Source of the DNA: Lingula anatina
Lineage: Eukaryota > Animalia > Brachiopoda
Direction: 5' to 3'
Length of the DNA stretch: 64,000 nt
NCBI GenBank assembly: GCA_051362555.1
Contig: CM120647.1
Coordinates: 13,244,651 to 13,308,650, forward strand
Positions 1 through 12,856 of this stretch are shown here, piece by piece (position 1 is the first letter of the stretch; every line of letters starts with the position of its first letter). Below the pieces are notes generated by a model. It had not been told where the DNA came from and searched no databases. It saw only the letters and a program-made list of their open reading frames with translations. The position numbers and the translations under genes are program-made.

Positions 1-300
1 CCTCTACTCTGGCTTCAATATTCTGTTGGTGGAATACAGAGGCTATGGTAAAAGTCAAGGAAGCCCATCAGAGGAAGGTAAGCTCTCTCCAGGGTCATAA
101 GACCTAGGGCCAAAACTTTTCCAAGCAAACCATCTAGACGTCATTTGTACATCCACCAGCTTCACCGAACAGCCTATATTTTCAAAGACTGCTGGATGGC
201 TTATGAATTTTTTTGAAAAATGTTGGCCTGGACTTCCTGAAACTTTGTAGGAAATTACAGGTGGTCATTTTGGATGCCCTGTACCCCCAATCTCGGGGAT

Positions 301-333
<33 letters not shown>

Positions 334-2168
334 GTCCTGCCTAGGACCAATTTCATTCCAAAAAGGTAGAGTACTAGTAATTAATGAATGGGTGGATGAA
401 AGGATGGATCAGTGGATGGACAGATTGGTAGATGGGTGGTTGGGTGATGGACCAATCAGTGGTTTATAGTAACACTGAAAATAATAATAATGCTCAGATA
501 ATGATAACCAAATAAAAATAATAATTTTATAAATTGATAGATAAAAGTGAAAAAGAAATGAGTCTAAAAGTGCTACGTCAATTTTCTTTACAGGTCTGTA
601 CCTGGACGCCCTAGCAGCAATGAAATATATTTTTCAAAGAGAGGACGTTGACCACTCTAAAATAGTTGTGTTTGGGAGGTCGCTAGGAGGGGCAGTAGCT
701 ATATATGTATCTACCCATCCACACTATAGCAGGAAGATCTTTGCAGTGATTTTAGAGAATACATTTACCTCCTTGCCACAGGTGGCTAAGGCAATATTTC
801 ACTTAGGTTTTCTACAAAGTTTACCAAACTGGAGTTTTAAAAACCAGGTGAGAAAATATATGTGTGATTTGTTTTGATTTTATTGATTTATTTAATATTA
901 TTGTAATATTTTTTTGGAGGGGAAGGGGTGAAGAGATGTGTTAACATCATATTGTTAGAGTAGGTATCTCTATTATAAGTGCAGAACTTTGAAAGGAATA
1001 TTCGTCTCAGAGGCGGATCCAGCAATATTTTCTGACAGTCTTCCAAGTTATCTTTGCTGATCCAGCCTCCATTTTTTACCGTCTTCCAACAGAAAAAAAA
1101 GATACCCTTAAATAAAAACGTGAAAATCTGACAGTCTTCCAGAAGACCCAGAATAGGCCCAAATCTGCCCCTGTGTCTGATTGTTCAAGTTACATTTTAG
1201 AATAAGAAATCATGTTATTATCATAATTGTAATTTTAATAGAAGGCCTTGAATCAATGATTTCAGTATCCATCTGTGATCCGTATCAGACAACTGCAGCT
1301 TCCTACTCTGTTCCTGTCAGGACAGAGTGATAATCTCGTCCCGCCTGCCATGATGAACGAGTTATACGATGTAAGTATTAATCGATCTGTGTGATGATAA
1401 ACAGTTTGATGACCAACTTTTGGATCATTACTGTAAATAGGTAATAATATAAATAATATATAATTATTAAATTTGTGCATGTACATATAATTCATATGGA
1501 TGGATGTTTCAGAAATCTGGCAGTATACTAAAAAGACTGGTGAAGTTTCAAGGAGCCTCCCATAACGAAACATGGCAGAGCAACGGGTACTATGATGCTA
1601 TAAATAACTTTATGATGGAGGTTAGTCAATTTGTGTAAACTTAAAGCCTCATTTTGAACTCAAGTGGATCTGTCAGACAATTTGTATTCTTAAAGATTGG
1701 GCAGATCATTGGACAAACTTACATCTCAGAATATTTCAAAGCCTTTCTTTGAAAAATCAATGAGTGAATTGAAAAAATCTTGGAAAGCTCTATGCCTCTT
1801 ACTAAGGAAATCTTATGCATGGTCTTTTTTCCTTATTATTCAAATTTCCTTTTTTTTTTTGACAAAATGATTAATATTTCCTTATTTAGTTAGAGTCATG
1901 TTGCAGTGGTTGCACACAGTTAAAATTTCATTGAATCTTTTAATTTTTCAAAGTTAAAAACACAAAACATAATGCTGCTCCCTCAAGTATGTAGATCTGT
2001 GTAATAATGATAAGTTTTTAGTTTATAAGGGTTCAATTGATTGAAATTTGACCTTTTTTTTCTTTCAAGGTATACAAATCTAAGGTTGTGAGATCGTCTG
2101 CGGACACAAGGTTAGAACTAGGTGACGGTCAAGGTGATCATGTGGAAGGGGAGGTCAAGGTCATCTAA
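1..2168 (+). CDS. ABHD13: Alpha/beta hydrolase domain-containing protein 13, 3' part (5' end outside window)
   Basis: Exons 1-77, 594-847, 1266-1370, 1513-1620, 2070-2168 join in frame through GT-AG introns. Motifs VEYRGYGKS, nucleophile elbow FGRSLGGAVA, ENTFTS, LFLSGQSDNLVPP (Asp) and GASHNETW (His) give a complete Ser-Asp-His triad typical of ABHD13. TAA at 2166-2168. Confidence 0.93.
301..332 (+). repeat. Poly-G tract (32 G) in an ABHD13 intron; potential G-quadruplex
   Basis: Homopolymer read directly from the sequence. Confidence 0.9.
1008..1173. mobile_element. Short non-autonomous DNA transposon (MITE) remnant
   Basis: Imperfect TIRs CAGAGGCGGATCC ... AAATCTGCCCCTG; no clean TSD. 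Confidence 0.45.
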
Positions 2169-3474
2169 CAGCTGACAACTTTCTTTTGAAATATCAGGCG
2201 GCCTTTGGGCTTTAAGATATCTTAATCATAAAGACATAAAGGAAGCTTTGTTGTATAGAAGTATAGTAAGAGTTGTGATTGGTTAAATATTTGAAAGTAA
2301 ACCATGTCAGCCTTGAAACTAGTGAACAGCACAAGAACTGAAATTTAAAAACTGAAATTAAAAGTGAAGCATGGACACTCACATGAAATTCAAGATGAAG
2401 CATGGACACTCACAAAGTATTTTTTTGAATCAATAGAAATCAGTAAGAAAATTCAGATGACATAACAAATTTAAAAAAAAGGAAAATGCAGTAGGTTTTA
2501 ATTGCAAATTTTGTGCAGGTAATTGCTGCCTTTGACTTTATGGTGATGCAGAGTCAGCAATCTGGCTGCATTTGATTCATTTTACTTATTAACATTTCAT
2601 TCATATATTATATCAACCAGATGATATGGGATCTTATGGCGTCAATGCGCAGTGTATTGGGCTGCAACTGTTGAACTCCATGGTAGAAATCTGTTATTAT
2701 AATCTAAATATCACCTAAAAATACGGTTAAAATTTCCTGGGTGGGCACCCCACCCCCGTTGGCAGCCTACAGCTCTGTAAGGGATACATGCGATCTTAGC
2801 TGGGCAAATTAGCTTTGGGACGGATGCAGCCTATTCCGTGAGATAATTATATATTTGTACACAGTTTAAAATTAATGCTAAAATGTACGTCCAGTAATAA
2901 GAAATAAAGTGTTATTAAGAAAAAAGTAATAAACATTGAGAAATGTATGTATCGCATATTTATTGGTATTGATTCTTAATATTTTACCAGATTAAAAAAA
3001 AAAACTACGAGATTATTTTCGATTAAGTATCAATAAAGAGCATTAATTTACAATGGATACATTGGATAAAGAATAATACTGCAAATTCAAATTGTCAGTC
3101 CGAAAAGTCTTCAGAGGGCGGGTCGTCGAGGACAATATATGCCTTTGCCGAAGAGTTGTAATTAATGATAAACGGCTGGTAGTTAATGACTTCAATGGGT
3201 TATAAATTTCGTAAATACCCTGTAAGAATGTATACATCTTTTCTGAAGATAACCGCCCCTGACCTTAAATGTACGTTTATGTGCTTGGTTGTGCATGTTA
3301 GAAATATTCCTTGACAACAAACTAGGTCGGATCGAACTCGGGGTTATCAAATGTAAATAATATCTCGTCATGAGACCAGTCGTTATATAAAACCCACATG
3401 TAGGTGAGTGTGAGCGTCTGAACCAAAATACTTGACACTGCCAGGGGTTAAAGCACCTATACAGGGCGTCCATC

Positions 3475-3762
3475 ATGGTGAGAGCGTGGTATCTGGAAAG
3501 TGATGCCGGCGGCGTCAAAGTTCTGTCGCAGGAGGATGGCTGGATGGAGTTGCTTGGCGTGGATGAACTGACAGAGAAGACTGGGTTGTTGTTCTGGACG
3601 GCAAGTAGATATAACAGATTGTTTTCTTCGTACTGCTGTCGAACTAGACATGAAGTACGTTTTACGTTCTAGTCGGTCAACGTTTTCCCTCGTCCTGCTC
3701 TGCCTCTTTTCCACATGCCCTCTTATCCTTAATACGCTTCCCTTCCTTCCTTCCTCCCTCCC

Positions 3763-3835
<73 letters not shown>

Positions 3836-4717
3836 CAACACGTGCGCACACGCGCACACACAACCAAGGCTGCAGGCTGAGGGGGGCAATGGGGGTATGT
3901 TTGCATGTTTGTAGGCCCGCCTCTAGACATTTTAGCTTGAATCTACGGACACGCACACGAGCGTACGCTTTCTCTCTCTCTTTTTTTTTTCTCTCTCTCT
4001 CTCTCTCATGAAACGACTTTCCTGTATAAAACACAACTTTAAAAACTTCCAGATAGATGTGGACAACATAAAAAACATAAAAGAGAACGAGACGCTGAAG
4101 AAGATAAAGCAAGAACGCGGCTACACGTGGGAAGACGACATTGAGATCTCGAAGAGAACTCTTCCAGACTTCGAAGAAAAGGTGAGAGATAAAACGCTGG
4201 GCATCTAGCTTAGATTGAAGTGGAGGCGACGTTGAAATAAAAAAGAAAAGCTAATGTAAAAGGGATTGTCGGATGCGTTCCCCGTGCGTCTCTAGCCCAA
4301 CTCCCCGACATTTTTTTTTTTTTTCCATAACCACTTGAGGATATCTTTGGAAACCACCACTGAACCCAAATCACTAACCTTTTTACTATAATAATTTCTT
4401 CTTCAAACAATTAAAATCAGATCTAGAATCACAAACTGCTCTTGAAAAATGTGTGTCTGTTAAGTAATCAAATAAAAAAAATATTTTCTAATAATTTGCT
4501 TTTTATAGACGAAGGCTTTCGCCACGGAGCACATGCACCCGGATGAGGAAGTCCGTTTGGTATTGGACGGTACTGGGTTCTTTGACGTCCGCGATCGTGA
4601 AGACCGCTGGATACGTCTGCAGTTTCAAAAAGGAGACATGATAGCGCTACCTCCCGGCATGTACCACAGGTTTAACCTCGGTTCAGACGAGGTAGGTTTA
4701 CATCGTGTGCATGCTGC

Positions 4718-4762
<45 letters not shown>

Positions 4763-5444
4763 CTTGTGTGTGTACGTGCGTGAGTTTGTACATGCGTGCG
4801 TGAGGGTGTTCGCATGCTTACAGGTACAGTCATTTTAAACGTGTGAGTGTGTGCGACAATATATCTAACTTTTTGCTACCTCAACACGATAACATCATTT
4901 TTAAATTAAAATTAAGGAGCACATGTGACCTAGAAAGGTTATCACGAGAGATACGAGAGTCAAATAAAATCGTTCGCTGATAATTTTGAGACCTAGGGCG
5001 TAAAATAGGTCGATTTGAAAGTATAGATAACCTGTCCAAACAGATTTTACTTAGACTTGTAGATAAGGTATAAATCGAAGCATTTTAAATTTCGTTAAGT
5101 GGTTGTACCGCTTAAGGAATATCAAGACAAATGTCTGGACAAATTTACTGCAAAAATCAACTGAGTAAGAACACTGCGCACTGATGGACGACTCATCTAC
5201 TAGGTCTTAACAATTTTTCCAAAAATAAAAAGAAGGAAATAGTGCAAAGCCCAATGTGTGAAAGATGTTTTTGTCCTTAATGTTACTCTTAAAGCATATT
5301 GTTCTAGTTGCCTTCCTAGTTGTATATTAGTAACCATTTATCTAACCAATTATCATTGATATGTTTCAGGGTTACCTTAAGCTCCACCGTATTTTCTCCA
5401 CAGTGCCACAGTGGACTGCACACAACCGTATAGCAGACGACTAA
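3475..5444 (+). CDS. ADI1: Acireductone dioxygenase (ARD/ADI1-like), divergent
   Basis: Exons 3475-3600 (GC donor gcaagt), 4053-4181, 4509-4691, 5370-5444. MVRAWY N-terminus, ERGYTWED, cupin metal ligands EHMHPDEE...GMYHRF, GFFDVRD, C-terminal PQWTAHNR. Intron positions match those I recall for vertebrate ADI1. Confidence 0.9.
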
Positions 5445-6029
5445 TCTGCAAGACAAGCCCACACCGAAAAACGTTGCCAAGAGGCTGGTCTTGGACGCGC
5501 GGTACATTTTTATGTAAAACATAGGGCTAACTGTTTGAATAATTTTGTTCTTGTTTTGTGGTTGATTGTTTGGTTTTTAAGCCACTTGTTTTAGCAATAA
5601 TTTTTGATAGAGTGCACGATGTCGGTCTGATAGTTTATTTATTTATTTATTTATTTATTCATTTATTTATCTAACATTGTCGTGAATAATTTAGGCATGA
5701 ACTTTAAGAATTTACGAAATCCGCAATAATTTAAAGACAATTTCAGTTTTATACATGAATTTCCAAATGTTGTCATTTTGCGGTTTAAGCAGCTCTTAGA
5801 GAAAAAAAAAGACCTTATGCATATTATGTAAAAGTTATCTTTGAAAATTAGGCCTATATCTTTTGCATAAACAAATTTTATTATTTTGCGTAATCCATAC
5901 CGATTTTCACACCACTACTGTACACTTTCTTCAAAGAAAACAACGCCAGGTGGGATACAAAATAACCGCTCTTTACATGTCACATCGTAGTCGTCTTTAA
6001 AAGACATCCGTTATAGGAGAACACATAAG

Positions 6030-6215
6030 TTTACGTACATTATTTTTTATAATCATTATCTATTTGTGAATAATACGATTTAAGTGGGCACATCGCTCCG
6101 TTAATGCAGTATTCCAAGAAGAAACCTTGCTTTTCTTGCACGGCAACGGTTTTGAAACCTGTGAAGCAACAGGTTTACAGTAAATTTTAACCGGTTGTGT
6201 CTATGCTTGAACTTT

Positions 6216-6264
<49 letters not shown>

Positions 6265-6436
6265 ATAGATTAGAATTTATAATGTCACCAAACAGGTGCT
6301 TGTCTTGCCAACTTTTTAGGCCCAGCGGTTCATCCCAGACAAAAACCGCTCACCCTCTTACACACACACACACACACATACACGCACACACTTGTGCGCG
6401 CGGACGCACACACGCCCGCGCACTCACCCACACACG

Positions 6437-6467
<31 letters not shown>

Positions 6468-6975
6468 AATTTATTACAGAATTTATCTATCCGCTGCACA
6501 AGAATCGTTTGCTTATATTCACATTGATTCCATGAAGTAGCAGTTGATATATCAGTTCACAATTTATGTGGCAGCATGAACTGGGGGGGGGGGGGGGATC
6601 GAGATCGTTGCTGATATTAACCGAGATTTCAAATAGTTCTCTAACTAGCTTCCTAGCAAATTGCTGCATAAATATCAGAATGAATAATGCACGGAGACGA
6701 AATGAGCCTTAACCCCTGTTTACAAACTGTTGTTAGTAGTTGTGTTTAAGGACGCTTCTTCCAGAACAAAACAAGAAGTTTACATAAATGTATTTTATTA
6801 TAATATCTTTCTTGTTTTGAATTATAATTTTCGCACAAGTTCTCAATTATCGTTTAATACAACCGGTTGAAGTGAGCACAATCATTCTGTTAATGCAGTA
6901 TTCCAAGGTTGAGTCTTGCTATCTTGCACGGTGACGACTTGTTTCAAACCTGGAGCGAAACAGATTTACATTGAA
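6030..6975 (-). other. Two homologous candidate 3'-terminal (UTR) exons of the peptide gene, starting at 6949 and 6158
   Basis: 6870-6975 and 6080-6185 are clearly similar (gttaatgcagtattccaag...tcttgcacgg...aaacctg). Each has a minus-strand cag acceptor. AATAAA on the minus strand at 6794-6799. Confidence 0.55.
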
Positions 6976-7045
6976 TTTGAAAGGGTCAAATACGCAGTGA
7001 TCGCTCTCTCTCCTTCTCTCTCTCTCTCTCTCTCTCTCGCTTTCT

Positions 7046-7085
<40 letters not shown>

Positions 7086-7256
7086 GATTTTGTCAATTGC
7101 CCAAAAATATAAATTTGAACTAAATTTTGTTGTTATTCATCCTTTAAAATGGGCTAGAGTTCTACGTTATAAGCAACCATAATTCTAAAGTGTTTGTAAA
7201 TTGATCATGAATAATACGATGATGGAGCGAAAGATCTTCGTCTTACCTGGAATCCT

Positions 7257-7735
7257 TTAAGCCCTTCTATAGTTAAGTGCCTGTAAAACAAATGAAATTC
7301 AGTCAAGCAAAAATAGTTGAATAAAAAAACAGTCAAGAAAATACGTTAATTTTATTAAAAATATGAAAAGTCACCTCAACATTCAGATCTATGCTGCCAT
7401 AGGCGAAGTGAAACTTTTAGTTATATTGTTTTAGAAAGTAAGAAAGAAAAAACCTTAATTCTATCCAACGCATTAAACCTAGCTAATTATTTCGATGTAT
7501 ACTGTCAAAGGCGTAGTAAAACTTTGGATAATATTAGTCTACAAAGAGAAAGAAAGAAAGAATAGATTACCCTGGTCAATTTGTCACTGGCGACGCAGTC
7601 ACACCCACTGCAGGTACAGGAGACGCCGGAGCAGGTATTTCCACAGCATGTACAGGTAGCGGCCAGGGAGGACACGGCATCAGCAAGGCCAGCATTTGTC
7701 TCTGAAATTACATGATGGAATTTATTGATACCTGT

Positions 7736-7780
<45 letters not shown>

Positions 7781-8505
7781 ACAGAAACACACGCACATAC
7801 ACGTAGTTACACGCAAACATACACAAACGCTCGTACACACCTTATAAAGCTACCCGAAGAATAAACCATAAATTCTTTTTCTGGGTAACTCGAAAGCATT
7901 GCGTATTGCAAATAGCGATAGCACATAGAGGCTACAGTGTATTATATGGGACGAGAATGGTCGAGTTATGGAATCGAGACGCTTACGCTCGGTCGCAATG
8001 CGCGATGCTTTCGAGTTACGGGGCCCTGATCTACCTTTAAAAGTCTTTCCAAATTTGAATTTCACGTTCTCTAATTATTCAATTTCAACGTCATCATTTT
8101 AGTCGGTACTCTTTGTATGTATATGTGAAAAAAAGGTTATCAAATCTAGCGCAAAACAAAGCAAAAATAACATTAAACAATAGAAAAGCTTTCAGGGGGC
8201 GCGCAATCCCCTCGGAAAAAGGCAGATCACTCCTCATTATTAACTTATAACTGGAAAACTGCCAACTTTCCTAAGTTATCGTACCTGACATTTCCCGAAA
8301 GTTTTAGCACAATTTAAAATTCGACCACAACTTTCTGATATGGCCTTTTAATTAACAAGCAACAAAGGCAAGAATATATCCGCCATGACAGAGGTACTGA
8401 AAAACAAAATAGAATAAAATAGGAGAAAAAAATAAATAAAGGTAAATTACCTTGAACAACTACTGCAGCCAGCACCAAAACAACGAGCAGAGCGCAAGTC
8501 TTCAT
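7257..8505 (-). CDS. Small secreted cysteine-rich peptide precursor, 69 aa: MKTCALLVVLVLAAVVVQETNAGLADAVSSLAATCTCCGNTCSGVSCTCSGCDCVASDKLTRALNYRRA
   Basis: Exons 8505-8451 (signal peptide, phase 1), 7701-7571 (8 Cys) and 7280-7257 (stop) have canonical GT-AG junctions with compatible phases. Exon 3 ends at a cag|gtaag donor at 7247. TATA box about 90 bp upstream of the ATG. Confidence 0.82.
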
Positions 8506-8595
8506 TTTTTAGTTCGATTCGCGTTGAACAATATCAAAAGATACCAGTATTCAGATTTCAGAGCGTTCTGATCACCTCCCCAAATTAGGCTGATA

Positions 8596-8601
8596 TTTAT
8601 A
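8596..8601 (-). promoter_or_regulatory. TATA box of the Cys-rich peptide gene
   Basis: TATAAA on the minus strand about 90 nt upstream of the ATG at 8505. Confidence 0.55.
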
Positions 8602-9243
8602 CTATTTTTTCCGACCAAATTTAAATACATTTCAAATAATGAAGACAAATGACCATTGTCGTGAGCGTCCAAAATTCGTACCAGGGTTATTATTTTACAC
8701 CCTTTTACTAAATCGCCTTAAACACGCTATTTCGAATGCCCAGATGTATTTCCGCGTTGTCAGCTGGACATTTCCTGACAGAAACTACTGTATTTATTGG
8801 CCTTTACGCGTCACAGATACGGTTCGTGAATTTAATCAGTGCCATTTTACTAAGCATCATATTTGGAATGTACAACTTACACCTTGAATTTATCTTTCAT
8901 AAACCATTTCTTTCTTCGTTGTTAACTGCCCATTTGTTATCTGTAGCGCAAACTTCGAAAGCATAATTAATATGCCTAACGGGTGATAGGTGCATGAAGT
9001 GCGTACGCGTAGACACACACGCAAACTTTCCTGCACGTACTTATTTAAGCTTATCACTACATCACGACAATATAGCGCGTACTTTAAACATAAGGGTTAT
9101 CTTTGCCTTCAATCCTTATTGTTACTCTTAAATGGCAGCAAGTAAAAAAAACTTGCCTTTGTTGTTGTATGGGTATTTTGTAATTATGATGATGCCATTA
9201 TAATGTTATCTCAGTGTAATATTTGGTGTAAAATTTCTGGTTT

Positions 9244-9817
9244 GTCAAATTAAGTACAATAGTACACACCATATCACTCCCATTCTGAAATAATTACATT
9301 GGCTGCCTGTGAAGCAGAGGATTGATTTTAAAGTACTTTGTATTATTTTTAAGGCGATCCATTCACAAAGACCATTATATTTATCTGATCTTATCTGTTT
9401 TAACTTACCACGGCGGTCCACACGTTTTAATACTGAGAATGATTTAGAGAAGGGGTGCCTCAAAAGTTTTGGAGATCGTGCTTTTATAATCTACGCCCCA
9501 AAAGTGTGGAATGGTCTACCAAATTTTATTAGAAAAACAGAAGACTTTGACAATTTTAAATCTCTTTTAAAGACCCACATTTTTAATTCTGTCTATATCT
9601 CTTAGTTTTTTTTTTTTTAATATATATATATGTATTTTAATAATATTGATTTTAGTGGTGTAAATTTTAAATGGTTTCCAATGAGAGTCTATGATTAAAA
9701 TATTGTAGTCATTTTAATGATTTTAGTATATTAGCCATTATTGTAAGGCGCCTTGAGATAGAATGTAAGGCGCCACATAAGAATCTTATTATCATTATTA
9801 TTATTATTATTATTATT
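9244..9817 (+). mobile_element. 5'-truncated L2/CR1-group LINE (3' end of ORF2 plus tail)
   Basis: Degenerate HITPILK*LHWLPVKQRIDFK...SFGDRAF...APKVWNGLP...FKSLLKTHIF C-terminus typical of L2/Crack-type ORF2, then a tgtaaggcgccttgag...taaggcgcc tail and (TAT)n. Confidence 0.85.
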
Positions 9818-12800
9818 GTGTCAATATAATAAAATTCTTGCCAAATCAGATTTATATATTTCTGATTGAGGTAAACAAATAACCATTGTAAACTTTGCCA
9901 GAAATATGTGTCTTATTATTTCGTATTTGTCGTGCTTTAAACATCTGGATCCCTGAAAAAGAAAATGCGAAAAAAAGTATACAGTCGTTTATTTGGTTCA
10001 GTCCAATTGAAAAAAAAAGTACTCTGAAAGACAAAGGAAATATTACTAGTTACTATGGTGCTTGGAACTCCACAAGGCAATGGATGTCAAGTGGTGCAAG
10101 AAAACTGTCGTCTGTGGATTATAATTTTTTAGTCATAATCCCGTTCACCAATCAAGGTCTCTTGAATACCACGTTAACTTTGGTGTCTCAAGCCGCGTAA
10201 TTGATAACTGTCCAAAACGGAAAAAGCCACAAGAATTGTCAACAACGTTAACAATAATGATAAAGAAAAGAGAACGCGGTTAATGATTTTCTTTTCTCCG
10301 AACTGGCCGTTCTAGCGTATCGCGCTTCCACCAAGTGGCCACTTAATCGCTGATTTACAGATAGCCAAAGAGACAAATTGCATTCCACTGAGTGCAGATT
10401 TCATCAGGACATTTTGTCCACTTGTTGACCATATCTCTTTTTAATTGGAACAATGTCATGAAATCCGACCTGGGTTGAGCAGGGCTGTTTTCACAGGTGT
10501 CTGCTTCAAGGCGAGGTTATCTCATCATACGCAACTGAGCTGTCTTAACGTAGGTCTGCTATCATTGAGTGCTTTTCTGTATACTTCATTTGTACAATAC
10601 TTACAACACTACATCTACCATATAAAAACTAGACCCAATGATATCGTGACCGATTGGTTAAAGGTATTAAAGCATGCACCCACTGGCTAACTTGTCCAGT
10701 TTTTATGCCCTTCCTGCATGACCAGCACAAACTAATATTAATGAACGCACGCACGAAAGATTGGTCCAAAATGATAGTAAAAATCTTTAAAATGATAAAT
10801 ATCAGGCGTTGGTCTTCTACAGTTTAAGGATTATTACTATTTATTATTTCAGTTACATATACTGGTACTAGTACATGTATATCGTGTTGGCGCACTATAA
10901 AATAAATTTTAGGACGATTCGTCTTTTGAATATTTAGCATCTATCTCAATTCCCAATATCATATTTTGCACTGTCGTGTAACTAGTTTTGATGTCAAATT
11001 GATTTTTTGGGAAAATTCAATTGCGGGATTTAGCAAAAGCAAGCGGCCTCCAAATCTCGAACCAATAACCTGCATTGTTTCTCCACGTGGTACGGATGAT
11101 GTTGTAAATGTTTGGGGTGATAGGGGGAGAAGGGGGTTGGCATAACGGAATGGATGCCAGCACGAAAAGTGATCCAAAGTTAATTTGACAGTTCCAAGAA
11201 GTGAATAGCAACCGTCAAAAGAGTTATAATGAAGCCCAGTATAATCAACGTTGTGAAAGCCTGGCAATGGTTGACGTATGTATGTTTAGTAGGCCTAGCA
11301 GATGAGATGGGAGGGGCAGATTGATTTCTTTTTTTTTTCTTTTTGTGTAAATGTTTTTTGCAAAGACCTTAATATATGTCCCGTAACTGTATGCTCCGAC
11401 TTTACAATATTTATGAATTTACAATATATACTAGATATAACTGCATAATCTGACCTGACAATATACATGTAGTGTATATAGTGTGATTAACATATTAAGC
11501 GTGCAATCACTTTTATAAAAATGAGTTTTTTCATCAAGACAAACATAGTGTTGACATAAAAGGACATAGGTATAACTAAATTCATAAATAACTGCTAAGA
11601 AAATAAATAATATAGACAAAAATAAATTCAATGAACGCAGTGAAATCGTTAACATATAGATTTTATCTTTTTTATTCTTGTATTTTTTGTTTTTGTTTTT
11701 TTAAATGAAGTAATCTTTTCTGCTTAAGATCTGACGTGTAAGCACTACCTGCAATAGCAAAATGAATGCCAGCACGAAGGTTGAACTGAAGTCAACACGT
11801 TCGTTCTGACAAATAATTAATATTCCTGAAACTATCATTTTTAAGCCTAACTCAACTACGACGGCAGAGCGCTGACCCAGGATCTGATGTGATCCTTGCA
11901 GCAGTAATAAATTTATTGACGTACACTGTAATAAACTAATTGCTTATAGAAGCAATCGACTAATTCATTACTGACGCAATAACCTCGTTGGTTCCTGACG
12001 TAATAAATTTATTACTTAATGACGTTATAAACTGATTCCTTTCTGACGTAAACTCATTGCTTACTGGCGCAATGAACTCGATACTTATTGATGCAATAAA
12101 CTAATACCATACTAGGGGTATTAACTCATTGCTTACAAACTCAATGAACTAATTCATACGGACATAATAAGTCGTTGCTAACTTGTTAGAAACAAAAGTA
12201 TTACGTCAGTAAGGATATTAAACAACTCAAATTAATGCATATTGACGTATAATGTTCGTTCAGTGATTTATTCGTTCCTTCCTCAATATGTTATTGAAAA
12301 ACTCGACACTTGCAGAATATAATGTTATCAAATCTAATTATTTTTTATTAAATATCACTTTCTCGCTTACACAAAATTGCACTGCCCGGATATTTCATTA
12401 TATAGTCAAGAGCTGTTGCCCTTTCCCCCTTCAAAGTTGGGCTTTGAAAACATTTTAGTCAACGTCAGATCTATACATCACTGTTTATGGCCTTTAAATG
12501 ATATGTTATTGATATATAAGATATATTGATATTATCAAACGGTATATCATTGGTATATTATATATGGAATTTTGATATAATTAAGTGATATATTATTGAT
12601 ACATATGATATATTGATAAATTAATCACATTTCAGCCTTTTCATTTGTTGAATTTTTGTGAAAGTGGGCCAAAATTGGTTCCCTTACTGGTCACAAGCTA
12701 GGTGCAACAGGGGCTAAAGCAAAATCCTTTCTTTGCTGATATTGGTATCAGGGTGACTATGTGAAATTTGTGAACAGTTCAACTGAAGCACTATCCTATC

Positions 12801-12856
12801 CTTTTTCAATCAGATCTCATCTGCCATGAGTATCATAATGTGTTTGCTCTCTGGAA

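Noticed and set aside
7571-7701. Metallothionein
   Set aside because: It has a signal peptide and only 8 Cys in one short cluster. Kept as a secreted Cys-rich peptide instead.
10959-11267. ORF sharing YNSFDGCYSLLGTVKLT with ORF 19849-20070
   Set aside because: The similarity reflects the edge of the segmental duplication, and the frames are not conserved beyond the shared block.
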